In this document: one piece after another, positions 48,201-58,214 of the stretch
How positions within the stretch are numbered: the stretch's first letter is position 1
How the letters are laid out: every line of letters begins with the position of its first letter
Origin: Orbicella franksi
Taxonomy: Eukaryota
Assembly (NCBI GenBank): GCA_964199315.1
Contig: OZ116709.1
Location: 2,666,001 to 2,730,000, forward strand
DNA: 64,000 nucleotides
Reading direction: 5' to 3'
The notes under the pieces: generated by a model
What the model saw: only the letters and a program-made list of their open reading frames with translations
Database searches by the model: none
What the model was told of the DNA's origin: nothing
Made by a program: the position numbers and the translations under genes

Positions 48201-50438
48201 AAACAAATAACGTTTCCATCAAGTTTACACGCCCCTTACTGACTGTTCGACTTCTTTAGCCGGGTACACTCGGACTGAATGAAAATTATTCACAGATTGC
48301 AGCGAAAATAAAAAAATTGAACTTTATTTCAATATCAAATGCTCCATTGCACTAAGACAATTGAAGTTGAAATTTTCCACGATTTCTACAACGAAATACG
48401 TTTTCGTTTTCGTTGTATAATGGTCTCGGTTATCTTCTTTAAGGTTTTTTAAAGTTTACATCACTCGTCTTGCTAGCATGGTCATATCTACTAAGCCTGT
48501 GGAACTGGGTCCCCTATTGTAACCTAGCTCACTAAGCCAAAGTAAGAAAAAAAGACTTCTGTTGTAGGCAGGAGCCCGTGGCCCGGAGCCTCCATATGTA
48601 TTACACCCTTGAGTCAACATGGGCTCCTGTTATATGTAATGAATAAGCTATGAAGTGCGTAGTTAACAGACTATCCCTCAATATCTCCTAATTCAGGCTC
48701 ACCAAGACCAAGAATAACACCCCGAGTGAGACCACGAATCAGGCCTCGCCCCAGACCTTCACGTCGCGTATGGAACTATCGTCGCCTTGGTACTTATAGA
48801 GTTCCACGTGGCCGTTCTTCCCCAGGGCGCAGATACTTAGGTACGGTCAAACCAAGAATAAATCCCACCAAACAGTGCGCTCTCACGGCGCGGAAGAGAC
48901 GCTACCGCTTCTTTGGTGTACGAAGTAGACGCTACTGTTACGGAGCAAGAATTCGGATACCGCTGACCAGATTTGGCCGAACAACTGGTCTTAGTGGAAT
49001 GGCTGTTTACAAGATCGGAAGAGGTAAGTCTAAAATACTGGAGTTCCACGTGTAGATTTTTGACGTGACGAGACGTGGTCGTAATTTGTTTCAATTGAAT
49101 TTTCATGCTTCCCAGGTCCCCTTAGACCAAGACCGAGAGTGGCAGGCTGGCACTACCGCTATGTAGGCCGCTTCAAATCACTCGCCCCCAAGCGCTTGGG
49201 CCGGTTTGTTGGGCGGATAACGGGAACTAAGAAAGTGTTTAAATGTGCGCGCACTGCTAGGAAGATGGGTTTCCGCGCGTTTGCTTTGCGTAACCGAGGA
49301 GATTGTTACGTGTCGAGATATTCATCAACTTACTCCACTAAAAAGCGTTTGTTTGGACGCTTCAGAGGAATTTCTGGTACACCACGTGCCATAGATGCTT
49401 ATGTGATCGGAAAAGGTAAGACAGATATAGTGTGGTTAAGATATTTCTAGTAAAGAGCACGGATAAGTGTCATTCTGGCAAAACTTCGTTTGGTCTTCCA
49501 CGAGTTTCTAATTTGTTTTTGATAACAAAAAAAAAAAACTGCGGACACTAAAGAATACTCTAATTAGACATGGCACCGTGACAGCTCGTCCTGCTGCTTA
49601 GCAACTCTGGTGACAAAACAAACACGGGTCCTGTCGTGCCTGCTGTCGTCCATTCTCCAAAATGAGATTTTGTTTTTCACTAGTAGAAACTGGCTCCACC
49701 GACTGCAACGCGTACAGTCTGTTCAGAAATAGACCGAAGACAATACGTAGCGACCAATATTTTCACAGAACATGTCAGAAAACATAGTCTACAACGCTTT
49801 TTCAGAAAGTTGTAAGAACTGTTCAGCCTTGTTATATTTGTTAAGTGTTTTTCAAAGCGTGCCATTCAACTCAATTGTTAGTCAATCAACTTAAAATTAT
49901 CCCAGTCGTGGCCCAAGGCAAAGTGAAGCGAATATCCCTAATTAATACATTTTGAACGTAGTGGAATCGCTTTAGTTGACTATCACTCTTGAAAATAAAA
50001 CTGTTATTTGTTTCTTTCCAAGGTCGTTTTAAGCCTCCCCCCAGACCTCGTAAAGGAGGTTCTGTTTGGCATTACCGCTGGCTTGGACGTTTCCGGTCAC
50101 TAAAAGCACGAGGTCTGGGAAGGAGATTAGGCAGAGTGACAGGGCGAAAGAAAGTGTTCAGCTGTGCTATGCTGGCAAAACGCAATGGTTATAAAGCATT
50201 CGCTTTGCGCCGACGCGGTATCTGTTATGGGACTCGTTCATCTAGAGCTTACACATCCAAGCCAGTTATCAAGGGCCGCTTTAGAGCTGGTGCAGGAGGA
50301 GGACGATTCATTGATACTTACATAATAGGGCGAGGTATGTCATGCTAGTATTTTAGCTGATGTAAAAATTTCACAGGAACGAACAGTTCAAAAAACAGTT
50401 GTGGAGCGCAGTCAATACCAACTTAGAAATTTGCAGTG

Positions 50439-50484
<46 letters not shown>

Positions 50485-53400
50485 GATAAATGTCAACAAG
50501 ACGACTTTTTCGTTTCTTGGTTTTCTGTCAAGCTATTTACTGTTAGAATACAGTTTAGGCTGGATATTTGTACACTGAGATGTGTTAGTCTTATTTCAAT
50601 GCTTCGTTAATTATCAGAACACGTTCACTTGATGTTGTCGTCAATTTATTCCGTACATACGTTTTCTTCTAGGTCATTACAGACGGCCATTACGAAAAGG
50701 CAAGTACTATATTTGAAGGTTCATTTTCAATCAGGTTTTGTATCTGTATCAAAAGATTCCAAAGATTTGTCAATCTTTGGCTTTTTAGGCTTTTGTGCAT
50801 ATAGAAAGAAAACAAACCAAAAACTTCAAATTGCTACAATCCCGGTTGATAAATCGAAAATTTAATTGTTATATGAAGTGTCAACTAAATGGACACTGAA
50901 TTTTTACCATAGGTGCGGACGTGTGGTATATGTTCAACTGAAACTAAAATCAGTAGTGACACATAACGTATATGAAATAAGTCAACATGTGAACTGCAGG
51001 CGACATAGAAACGGGTTAGGAAAAGAGTTCAATTCCCGACGGGATTCGAGCCTACGACCTTTGAAATTTCTGGTGCAAAAGCTCTACATAGCTATGAAAC
51101 TGCGGAGGCTCAATCACCACTACAAAACCAAGACATCCTTATTTGATCTAATTTAATTTTCTTTCTAAAGGAGTTAGAGGTCGCTCTAGAAAAACAAGGC
51201 AACGAAGAAGAAAGATGATAAGAGCAGTTAGAAGAAAGGTCAGAAGAATTAAACGAAAGAGGGCACGGATAGCAAAAACTAGAACACTAGAAAGAAGGAT
51301 AAAAACACGTGTTAGACGACTAAGAGGTCTGAGGAGGAAGGCTGTGCGAACTGCGCAACGGGTAAGGAGTTTGAGACGATTAAGGAAACTTAGACTACTG
51401 CGACTGGCAAGAAAAGCGAAACTTGCTTTGACCAGGAGAATACGGCAGATGAAGAGGAGAATCCGTGCACGGAAATTACGGCTAAGGCGACAGTTACAAC
51501 GCGTGCGAGCAGCAAGACGTCGGGCGAGAATACGACGAGCAAGAAGAAGAGCTATGCAGCTGTTGAAATTGCGAATGAGAAGGCGTTTGCAAAGACTGCG
51601 ACTGTTGGCTCAACAGAGGAGGGCGCGTGCACTCAGAATGGCCAGGTTACAACGTTTGAGACGGTATCGAATGTTGGCCAGGTTACAAGCGAGGCAGAGA
51701 GCACAGAGGAGACGAATGATGTCGCAAATCAGACGAAGAATGCTTCTTATGCGACGGAAATTAGCTCTGAAGCAAAGAGCTCTTAGAGCTCGATTCCAAA
51801 GTAGACGACAGAGGGCTGCGCGGTTACGACTCCTGTCATATAGAATAAGGGTTCGTCAAAGAAGAATGAGCAGTCAGCTGTCACAAATCAGGAGAGGGCT
51901 GATAGCCTTATCAAAAAGAATGGTGTATTACAGGCGTTTGAGGCGTTACAAACTCCTGGCAAGACTGCGAGTTTACAGGCAACAGCAGATGAAAAGAGCG
52001 AGCATGGTTCGAGTCAGGTGGTTCAGATATCAAAAGCAGTTAGCGGCCATCAGAACCAAACAAAGAATGCTAGCGCTGAGGCAACGACGTGCTCTTCAGA
52101 AGTTTCAGGCATTTCAAAGAAACAGAAGATTGATGTTCATGCAACAACAGCAGAAACTCAGAAAATTATTGCAGACGATGAATTCACGTCGAGTTCGAGG
52201 TGAGTGAGTTTAATTGAAATTCTTTGATTGAGATTACGCTGTTTATAATGCTTTGTGGGTGTTGATGTGGTGGGGTCGCTTATTGGAATGAGGACCGAGT
52301 TGGAATAGAATCCAGCCTTGCTAAACGCGAATCTATCCGCGAGTGCTTTAAGTATTTCCACAAAAAAGACGAAATTCGTCAAAAAAAAAAATTGTGAATC
52401 ACGTTTGAACCATTCTACGACGGCCACATGGAAATGAACAAGTCATTGTACAGAGACGCTATCCAGTGAACTGTTAACTAAAATTGTGCTTAACATTTCA
52501 ATGCAGCTGGGAAGAAGCGAGGAGATATTCTAAACAAGGAGCTAAAGAGGAAGAATTCATCCAAACAGATAAAAAGAGGACCTAACACTGGTAAGAAGGT
52601 GGTTAAAAATTTTTTGAGAAGTAAATCTCTGTGATCAGTTATTAAACAGACGCACGGTAACATGGAATCTATCTGTTTCATATAATTAAAAAAACGATAT
52701 AAAATATAAATGACGTCATCTAGATATATACGTTTATCCTCTGATTGCTCATAAGTAAGAACCAATCAAAATGCGAGAATAATTTGACTTATCGTGTATA
52801 TTATATAAAACTCGTTTGACCGGTATGACCATGACATCTGATTGGTTCACAGCCAAGCTTATCTTCTCTCGCTTGATAAGCCCGACACCACCCTGAAGGT
52901 TGGGCGGTCAGTTAACCCCGCTACAATATACACATCTCTTTTTAACACTTATGTAATATTCGATGATAAAAGTCTTAAAACAATACCACGCATGCATAAC
53001 CAATTATTCTCCCACAAAATCTCTCGTTTACCAAAATGACATGCATCTCATTAAACTAGTTTTGGATTGACAAGTCATTATTTCAGTGCTTATCACTTCA
53101 TGTAAAACCAAGTGATCTAGTTATCCGAGATGTGCTGCTATTGTGGATTAAATTAAAGTTCTATGTGGCTCGATTTTCGGTTTACCCTTCAAAGCACGTT
53201 ATTATGGAAGACTATAAATGGAATTTTCCCAACATTTCGTTTTCAGTTCCAAAAGAGTTCCATTCAGCAGATTACTTCTGGTCGTTTGAAGACTCTGAAG
53301 GTAATCAATCCGATGATGCTGTTCGGAAGCGTGCAGCGAAGCTTATGGGAGGATCGCTTGTTGTTGCGACAAGTGATCGAGGTCACGTGGCAGACACTGG

Positions 53401-54574
53401 TAAACCCAGAGGTTGGATCTCCCTTGGAGACTTTAAAGGTGATAAGAGTCAAATATTTTCGTTCGCGCGCGATTGGTCTAAAACGCGACACGTAACTGAC
53501 TATTACCCGACTAAAACTTGGGGATGTCCGAGTGATATTCCCCAGTTGTCAAAACTGCGTGTGTTGCGAAAAATATTTGAAAGATGAATAAGGAAATCTT
53601 GGTGGTGAAAACACGATGAGGTTCTCACCGTCTTGACTGATGTTTTTTCTCAACAGGAAAGTGCTTCAGCGACCCGGATCGGTGTAGAGATCAAGGAATG
53701 ACAGTAATGGCGTCCCTGAAACTGGATAAGGAATATTTCCATAAGAAATCTAGCACCTACTTCCTATCAAGCGGAGGTCAAACTACCAAGGCTCGAGGAT
53801 TTGCTTTCCTGCATCTTCTCGGCCGCTACATCGTAATACTCAGCACAAAAGACAAACAATGGACACTGGAAGCTCGAGATCTTCCAGAAGGATGGGCCAA
53901 CGTAGCCATTACTTGGAAAAAGGCCGGTTTACTGAAGATGTATGTAAATGGAAAGGAAGTGGCCAGTGGAGAAGCTATGAGTGTTTCAAGGCCAAAGGAT
54001 CAGTACTCGAGCTTTGAAGTTGGGCGGCCGAATAATTCTCACTCACCAAACTTTAGAGTGCCTTTAGAAATAGACAACATTGCTCTCTGGGAAAAAGCTC
54101 TCGCAAGCAAGGAAATTAGCGCATTGGCCAAGAAAGGTATTGAAAATTTAAGTGGACTATAGCTTTCCTTTTTTTCTAAATTACCTTTGACAAAAATTGA
54201 AAACAAGCAGTGAAAGGAGCTGATTACCGAAAAACGGCAATGACTAAGCATAATTAAATACGCATTTTATGAATGGTCTGGGATGAAAAATGAAAACTGG
54301 ATTCCATTCTTAGCCATGTTCGATCAGCTTTAAGGTTACCACTTATGTAACATAGAAATTGTCTGAAGTCTTTCACAATCGACACTTACTCATATATTCA
54401 TATTTTACAATAGCTTTATGTTTTTTTCATTTCTTTGCTTCTTTTTATTTTCAAAATATCACTCATCTTTTCTATATCTGTTATACATAAATAGCTTGAC
54501 TTTGCTAATAAACTCACTCTATCTTCCATTTAGATTTAACGAGAGCGTCCAAACAAGAGGCAATTAAAGAATAA
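11957..54574 (+). CDS. Giant secreted multi-block protein (about 6,157 aa, 60 coding exons): acidic region, vWA, (GGP)n, vWA, 9x LamG-like, 2x vWA, 7x Arg-rich WSC-like, Arg-rich helix, LamG/pentraxin-like
   Basis: Signal peptide [21 protein letters not shown]. Manual exons: 11957-13181, 13528-13599, 13819-14571, 14971-14991, 15249-15444, 15851-16215, 16593-16673, 16762-16923, 17028-17288, 17737-18414, 19376-19738, 21460-21822, 22368-22709, 23158-23874, 24948-25565, 25727-25825, 26661-27191, 27801-27848, 28114-28743, 29128-29169, 29729-30358, 31043-31093, 31267-31905, 32471-32503, 32584-33059, 33328-33493, 33905-33937, 34091-34720, 35324-35386, 35947-36585, 36864-36920, 37097-37747, 38312-38356, 38777-39415, 39761-39820, 40023-40655, 41045-41086, 41483-41654, 42320-42675, 42952-42984, 43140-43169, 43440-43967, 44482-44526, 44669-44932, 45220-45333, 45525-45566, 45661-45915, 46227-46310, 46951-47211, 47636-47818, 47893-48153, 48697-49023, 49116-49415, 50023-50334, 50673-50699, 51171-52199, 52507-52590, 53247-53438, 53657-54136, 54534-54574. 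Sum 18,474 nt, phases compatible throughout, ends TAA overlapping AATAAA. Only one signal peptide was found in the span. It could still be more than one transcript. Confidence 0.8.
15249..16215 (+). other. Module: vWA domain 1 with intact MIDAS
   Basis: [16 protein letters not shown]...ARTGRAL...VVITDGRS...IFSVGVG...KAIC; two exons joined by a phase-2 intron. Confidence 0.9.
18818..19104 (+). mobile_element. tRNA-derived SINE
   Basis: Head GGCGACGTGGCCGAATGGTT...GGTTCGAGCCC (A/B-box-like), body GTTGTGTTCTTGAGTACGACAC...GTGTGTAAATGGGTACC...CTTCATGCTACTGAAAC, tail GACTTTACCTTAC. Intronic. Confidence 0.75.
20494..20697 (+). mobile_element. Probable non-LTR retrotransposon 3' ORF fragment containing a 69-bp tandem duplication
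   Basis: Peptide [23 protein letters not shown] occurs twice (units start at 20504 and 20573), followed by [15 protein letters not shown]. Intronic; the LINE assignment is by resemblance only. Confidence 0.4.
21093..21283. repeat. Palindromic element
   Basis: AAACAATAGCCTCCA...AAAATATGCTCGGATAT...TTGTCC...CATTATC mirrored by GATAATG...GGACAAATATCCGAGCATATTTT...TGGAGGCTATTGTGTTT. Confidence 0.75.
26345..26533. mobile_element. MITE with GGCC termini flanked by TAA (PIF/Harbinger-like by end structure)
   Basis: Left TAAGGCCCTGGTCAAACGTCGAACTTC...TGAGACGAAC; right GTTCGTCTCA...GAAGTCTGACGTTTCTACCTGGGCCTAA. Confidence 0.6.
26661..27191 (+). other. Module: vWA domain 2 (degenerate MIDAS)
   Basis: [16 protein letters not shown]...DVRIGLV...KTGKAL...ILLTVGKS...IFSIGV...KAC; single exon. 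Confidence 0.88.
30861..30974. repeat. Palindromic element
   Basis: AACAATTATTCCAT...TTGGATATGAAGTGAT..TAACCAAC mirrored by GTTGGTTA..ATCACTTCATATCCAA...ATGGAATAATTGTT. Confidence 0.8.
35745..35817 (+). tRNA. tRNA-Lys(CTT), intronic; two stem mismatches, possibly a pseudogene
   Basis: GCCCGGCTAGCTCAGTCGGTAGAGCATGAGACT-CTT-AATCTCAGGGTCGTGGGTTCGAGCCCAACGTTGCGCG, 73 nt, followed by TTTTT. One C:C mismatch in the acceptor stem and one in the T stem. Confidence 0.85.
36687..36718 (+). pseudogene. Isolated 3' half of tRNA-Lys(CTT)
   Basis: CAGGGTCGTGGGTTCGAGCCCCACGTTGGGCG followed by AA and a T11 run; no 5' half upstream. Confidence 0.8.
41483..43967 (+). other. Module: vWA domains 3 (41483-42675) and 4 (43440-43967), both with degenerate MIDAS
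   Basis: [14 protein letters not shown]...ARIGLVSYS...RTGAAL...VITHD...KAC, and [15 protein letters not shown]...TRFGMVEFS...LGKAL...VVSVGIG...KAS. Confidence 0.87.
41885..42205. mobile_element. MITE inside the vWA3 intron
   Basis: Left AGGGAGTTTAAGAAAACGACGAC; right CGTCGCCGTCGTGATTACTTTAACTCCCT (imperfect inverted match). Confidence 0.65.
44238..44399. mobile_element. Tc1/mariner-like MITE (TACAGT...ACTGTA)
   Basis: Inverted ends TACAGTACAGCCCCTATTAA / TTAATAGGGGATCAACTGTA, with internal GGCCAC/GTGGCC repeats. Confidence 0.65.
44669..50334 (+). other. Module: seven Arg-rich two-Cys repeats (degenerate WSC-like) with Pro-Arg linker exons, about 800 aa
   Basis: Repeat exons at 44669, 45661, 46951, 47893, 48697, 49116 and 50023. 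Shared pattern YR..G.(Y/F)R...R.LG...C...AR....AFA.R....C(Y/F)......F...G.......V(Y/F). Confidence 0.8.
50443..50481 (+). repeat. (AG)n microsatellite
   Basis: About 19 AG units, intronic. Confidence 0.95.
51171..52199 (+). other. Module: 343-aa Arg-rich, Pro-free, predicted helical segment in a single exon
   Basis: Acceptor TTTCTAAAG at 51170 and donor GTGAGT at 52200. Roughly one third Arg, interspersed with L/M/I/A/Q; one Glu and no Asp. Confidence 0.85.
53247..54136 (+). other. Module: C-terminal LamG/pentraxin-like domain of a different subtype
   Basis: YFWSFE...[19 protein letters not shown]...SSGG...W.NVAITW...LKMYVNG...[11 protein letters not shown]; two exons. Confidence 0.75.
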
Positions 54575-54737
54575 ACATCAGCCCAAGAGGAAATACGCAA
54601 GACAATTTTTAGACACAAAGGAACGAACATTTTTGTTGGTTAGAACTTTGTAGTTATTCCAGTCTGCCTTCACATCAAGTCCAGCCACCATTAAAGGGGA
54701 ATGGTGTTTCTTTTGGATGTGACTTCATTTGACTGTT

Positions 54738-54889
54738 GGCCCGGTTTGTTCGAAAGGTGGATAACGCTATCCACCGGATCAGATCAATCACTATCCAGCG
54801 GATAGCGTGGTTTGTTTTGTTAACACTTATCCATTGGATAGCGGTTTACCCTGTGAATAGCGTTATCCAGCCTTCGAGCAACTGGGGCC
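54738..54889. mobile_element. MITE with GGCC termini
   Basis: Left GGCCCGGTTTGTTCGAAAGGTGGATAACGCTAT; right ATAGCGTTATCCAGCCTTCGAGCAACTGGGGCC; internal TATCCA/TGGATA subrepeats. Confidence 0.75.
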
Positions 54890-56434
54890 AAGTCTCTACC
54901 TTCACTGCTAGTTGTATTTTTTTGTAACCCTGTGTCAAAACCGTGTAGGCGGGTTTGGCGATTTTCGTCCAGTGCAGGAAGGTGTGAAGGGTTGAGATTT
55001 TGACACGTTTTCTAATGCGCTCAACTCAAGAATTTGCTTGGTTTAGCATTATCAAAGTTTTGATAAATCACTCGAGAGGCAAGAGGATAATTGTGAGTCT
55101 TTTATAGGATATAAGAATATGAAAGTGTGATGACTGTTCTGTTCATAAATATGTGGTTTCCATTATTACCGCCAGCAAACCCTCAGGGCTTAGTAATCGC
55201 CGTTAAATGTCTCAATTTTGAGTAAAATTAGGTAGTCTTTTAGTTCTTGAGCTTACAGGGGTCCATAACCAAAATACAACTAGTATTTGTAGTCTTGTGC
55301 ATCAAAAACTCAATAAAAAAATCATACTTCTAAAACAGACGTATTGTTCAATTTAATATGTAGCACAAAGGAGAAAAGCAATTGATTTGGAAAGTTCCGT
55401 TGTTATTAAAAAGTATTCATTGCAATGCATAAATCATGAAAAGACTCTCTTAATTTTGCCAAGTTCCTTTCAGCAACCTCGTTGAATCAGTCAGCTGGTT
55501 TGCGATTCTCGTTATCCAATCAGCGATAAAAATAGCTCGAAGACTTAGGACTGAACCTATGACGTCATGCTGCTTAGCAACCTTTGTTGACGAAGACCGC
55601 TGGCTCAGTCAATTCCATAGACATGGTGGCATTTTGTCCTTAACTGGTACTTATTCTCCCAAATGTGTTCCCAGCGTCAGACAAATTGAGAGCAAACGGA
55701 GAGAGGACTGAGGACTTGATTAGTCTTCCTCTGCTTTGTCCAAACCTTTCGCTCCTTTTTTCCCCTAAAAAACTGAAGATCTGAAACGAGCTACATTTTA
55801 TAGAGTTAAACAGTGTGTTTCTTAATCGTTGTCTTATGTGATAAAAGATTAGTGTGCGCCCGCGATCATTATCTCTGATAATTGCCATGCGGTTCATAAC
55901 ACTGTATTTAATCTACGGTGAACTATGAGTGGCAAGCGTGTCGAGTATTTTACGAGTCCATAGCAGTTTCTAGAGAACATGGCCGTTAAATTCTGTTATA
56001 TCACCTCCCAGTCTTTCTTTTTAACATGTACCTGCACAAAAACACCCAAACACAATGACTTGGAGACAAGCTCAATTTTTACTCATAAATTATTACTACT
56101 GAGTGTTCATACCTCCGAGCGAACGTAATTTTCTGAAATTTATCGACGGAAGATTGTTTCCTAAACAACAGTTTATGTTTATGGATTGAGAAATTATTTT
56201 CTTACCAAATTGGTGTTGCGCAGAGGTTATGTTCTTATCGTGTAATCTGCTCCGGTAGCAAGGTTTGTGTTCATAGTTTTTCCCATTGTTTCGCTGTGTT
56301 GAAAGCCCAGCAATTGAGGCGTTATTGGCGTGATATTCCGACGCCTTGTTCACTTGAAGAAAGAGCTAATCAATTCCAATGTCTTGCCTTAAAAACAATT
56401 TCCAGCTTGAAAGAGACGATCTCGAGCCGTATCG

Positions 56435-58214
56435 ATGGAGACGAAGTTGGTTCTTTATCTTGTGGCTCTTGTGGCTCTTGTGTTTATGTGTGGTAAGTGA
56501 ACTGATCTCCGATACCTTGTGTTTACGTTATTTGTCCTGCTTGGTTGTCAAAGCGAACTTTAACCTCGGAAGATAAGAAAGTCGAAGATAGTTTTAGAAT
56601 TAATACGTGGAAGACCAGCGACGATGAAAGAATCGCTAGCTTGAAGTTTTGTATGTTTTGTAGAACATGAGATATTGCTGTACCTAAATGATAAGAGACG
56701 AGTCTTACATTCAGTCCCCCGCACCTACAGTTTGTCCTGCTTTCAACCATGCAAACCAAGAATTGAAGCGAAGCTCAAGTTTGAAGATTATTGTACAGAG
56801 ACGACAGTAGTAAGAGATTATTGTCAATTTGTTATTCATATATAGGAATCGGCTGCGGCACAGTTCACGAGAAGAAGAGACGTTTGACCTCACTGGACTT
56901 AGCCGCAGGTAAATAAAGAGAATCGAAAGAACTTCCGAAAATTGTTATGTAGTGTGTATTAGCTTGAGTGAGAGGTCAGACATGAGATTATCTGACCTGG
57001 GTCAAGAGAGAAAATCCTGTGACGCTCATAGCGTGATGCATTATGGGCATGATATTTGACACCTACTTTCATTACTCAATCCCAGAGGTACTCATGAGTA
57101 TCTTCGTAGTTGCGTTGTGGGAAGATTCCTCTGTTCGGTGGGTAGAAAGTGGTAGAGATACGTCTAATTATTGCGCAGCACAATTTTGCAAGTGGGTTAA
57201 CCATAATATGTGGTTACATCAAAGCAAGTTCTACATGGAACGAAATTTCCTCTAATTGGAACACGTTACGGGTGGTTGTTGAGGACATCTTATAACGACA
57301 CTTTTAACTAGTCAGTAAAGGAAAGTAGATACAAGAGGATTGCAAGAGGGTAAGCCATACTGTAAAGGTCATAAGTGAATATTGTAAATAACGATTAAAA
57401 GAGTGTATGAAGGATTTACTCGTCTGACTAAACAGCGAAGTATTTTTAACGTCAAGTTTCTTTCGATGTTACAGAGAAGAGAGTGACGGTTTGTTCAAAA
57501 GGAAAGAGTCCACTTACATGCGTGTCCCCTGGGTCAGCTATCGCTATTACCGGAGTGTTTTGGGGTCGAGAATCTTCAGACATTTGCCCCTCGGAGGACG
57601 GGGATCCGGTAACAAATTGTCCCACAGCTCCCGAGGCCGAACACATTGTCAAGGAGATGTGCGAAGGAATGGGAAGTTGCGTTTTGGAAGGAAAGGCCGA
57701 CAAGTTACAACATGGAAAACACTGTTATGGCGTCCAGAAATATCTCCTCGTAAATTACACATGTGTGCCTCAGAAAAAGGAAGCCATTTTGTGTGACTCG
57801 GAGAGATCGATAATCTCCTGTCCATCTGATTGGATACTTAAAGTCAACTCGGCGTTCTGGGGCCGTCAAGCAACGGACGTTTGTCCATCGGTAAGAGGAC
57901 AGGAAGTCTGCCCCGGGGCATCAGAGACTGTCTCCAAACTGAGAAGCAGATGCAACAATATTCCTTTCTGTCCTGTTAAGGCATTTTACAAGGAGTTACA
58001 AAATGGAGGTGAAAACTGCCCTCATGTAAACAAGTATCTTGTTATTAACTACAGCTGTCGGCCCAGTCCCGATATAGGACGGCGCGGCCAGCTCGGGCTT
58101 ATTCCTCTCTCGGTTTACCGCGGACTCAGAAGCAGATCACGTATTTGGAAACCTAGTGATCTCAAACTGAAAGCTTCACAGATAACAAAGATAAAACAGA
58201 AGGATAAACAATGA
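56435..58214 (+). CDS. Secreted tandem SUEL/Gal_Lectin (rhamnose-binding-lectin-type) protein A, 3 exons, 286 aa
   Basis: Exons 56435-56492 (METKLVLYLVALVALVFMC), 56846-56908, 57475-58214; 861 nt in frame. Two 8-Cys domains with FWGR and KYL.(V/I)NY.C motifs. AATAAA at about 58251. Confidence 0.85.

Noticed and set aside
50990-51070. tRNA gene on the minus strand
   Set aside because: Only a B-box-like segment (GGTCGTAGGCTCGAATCCCGTCGGGA) is present, with no full cloverleaf; probably a degenerate tRNA-derived repeat.
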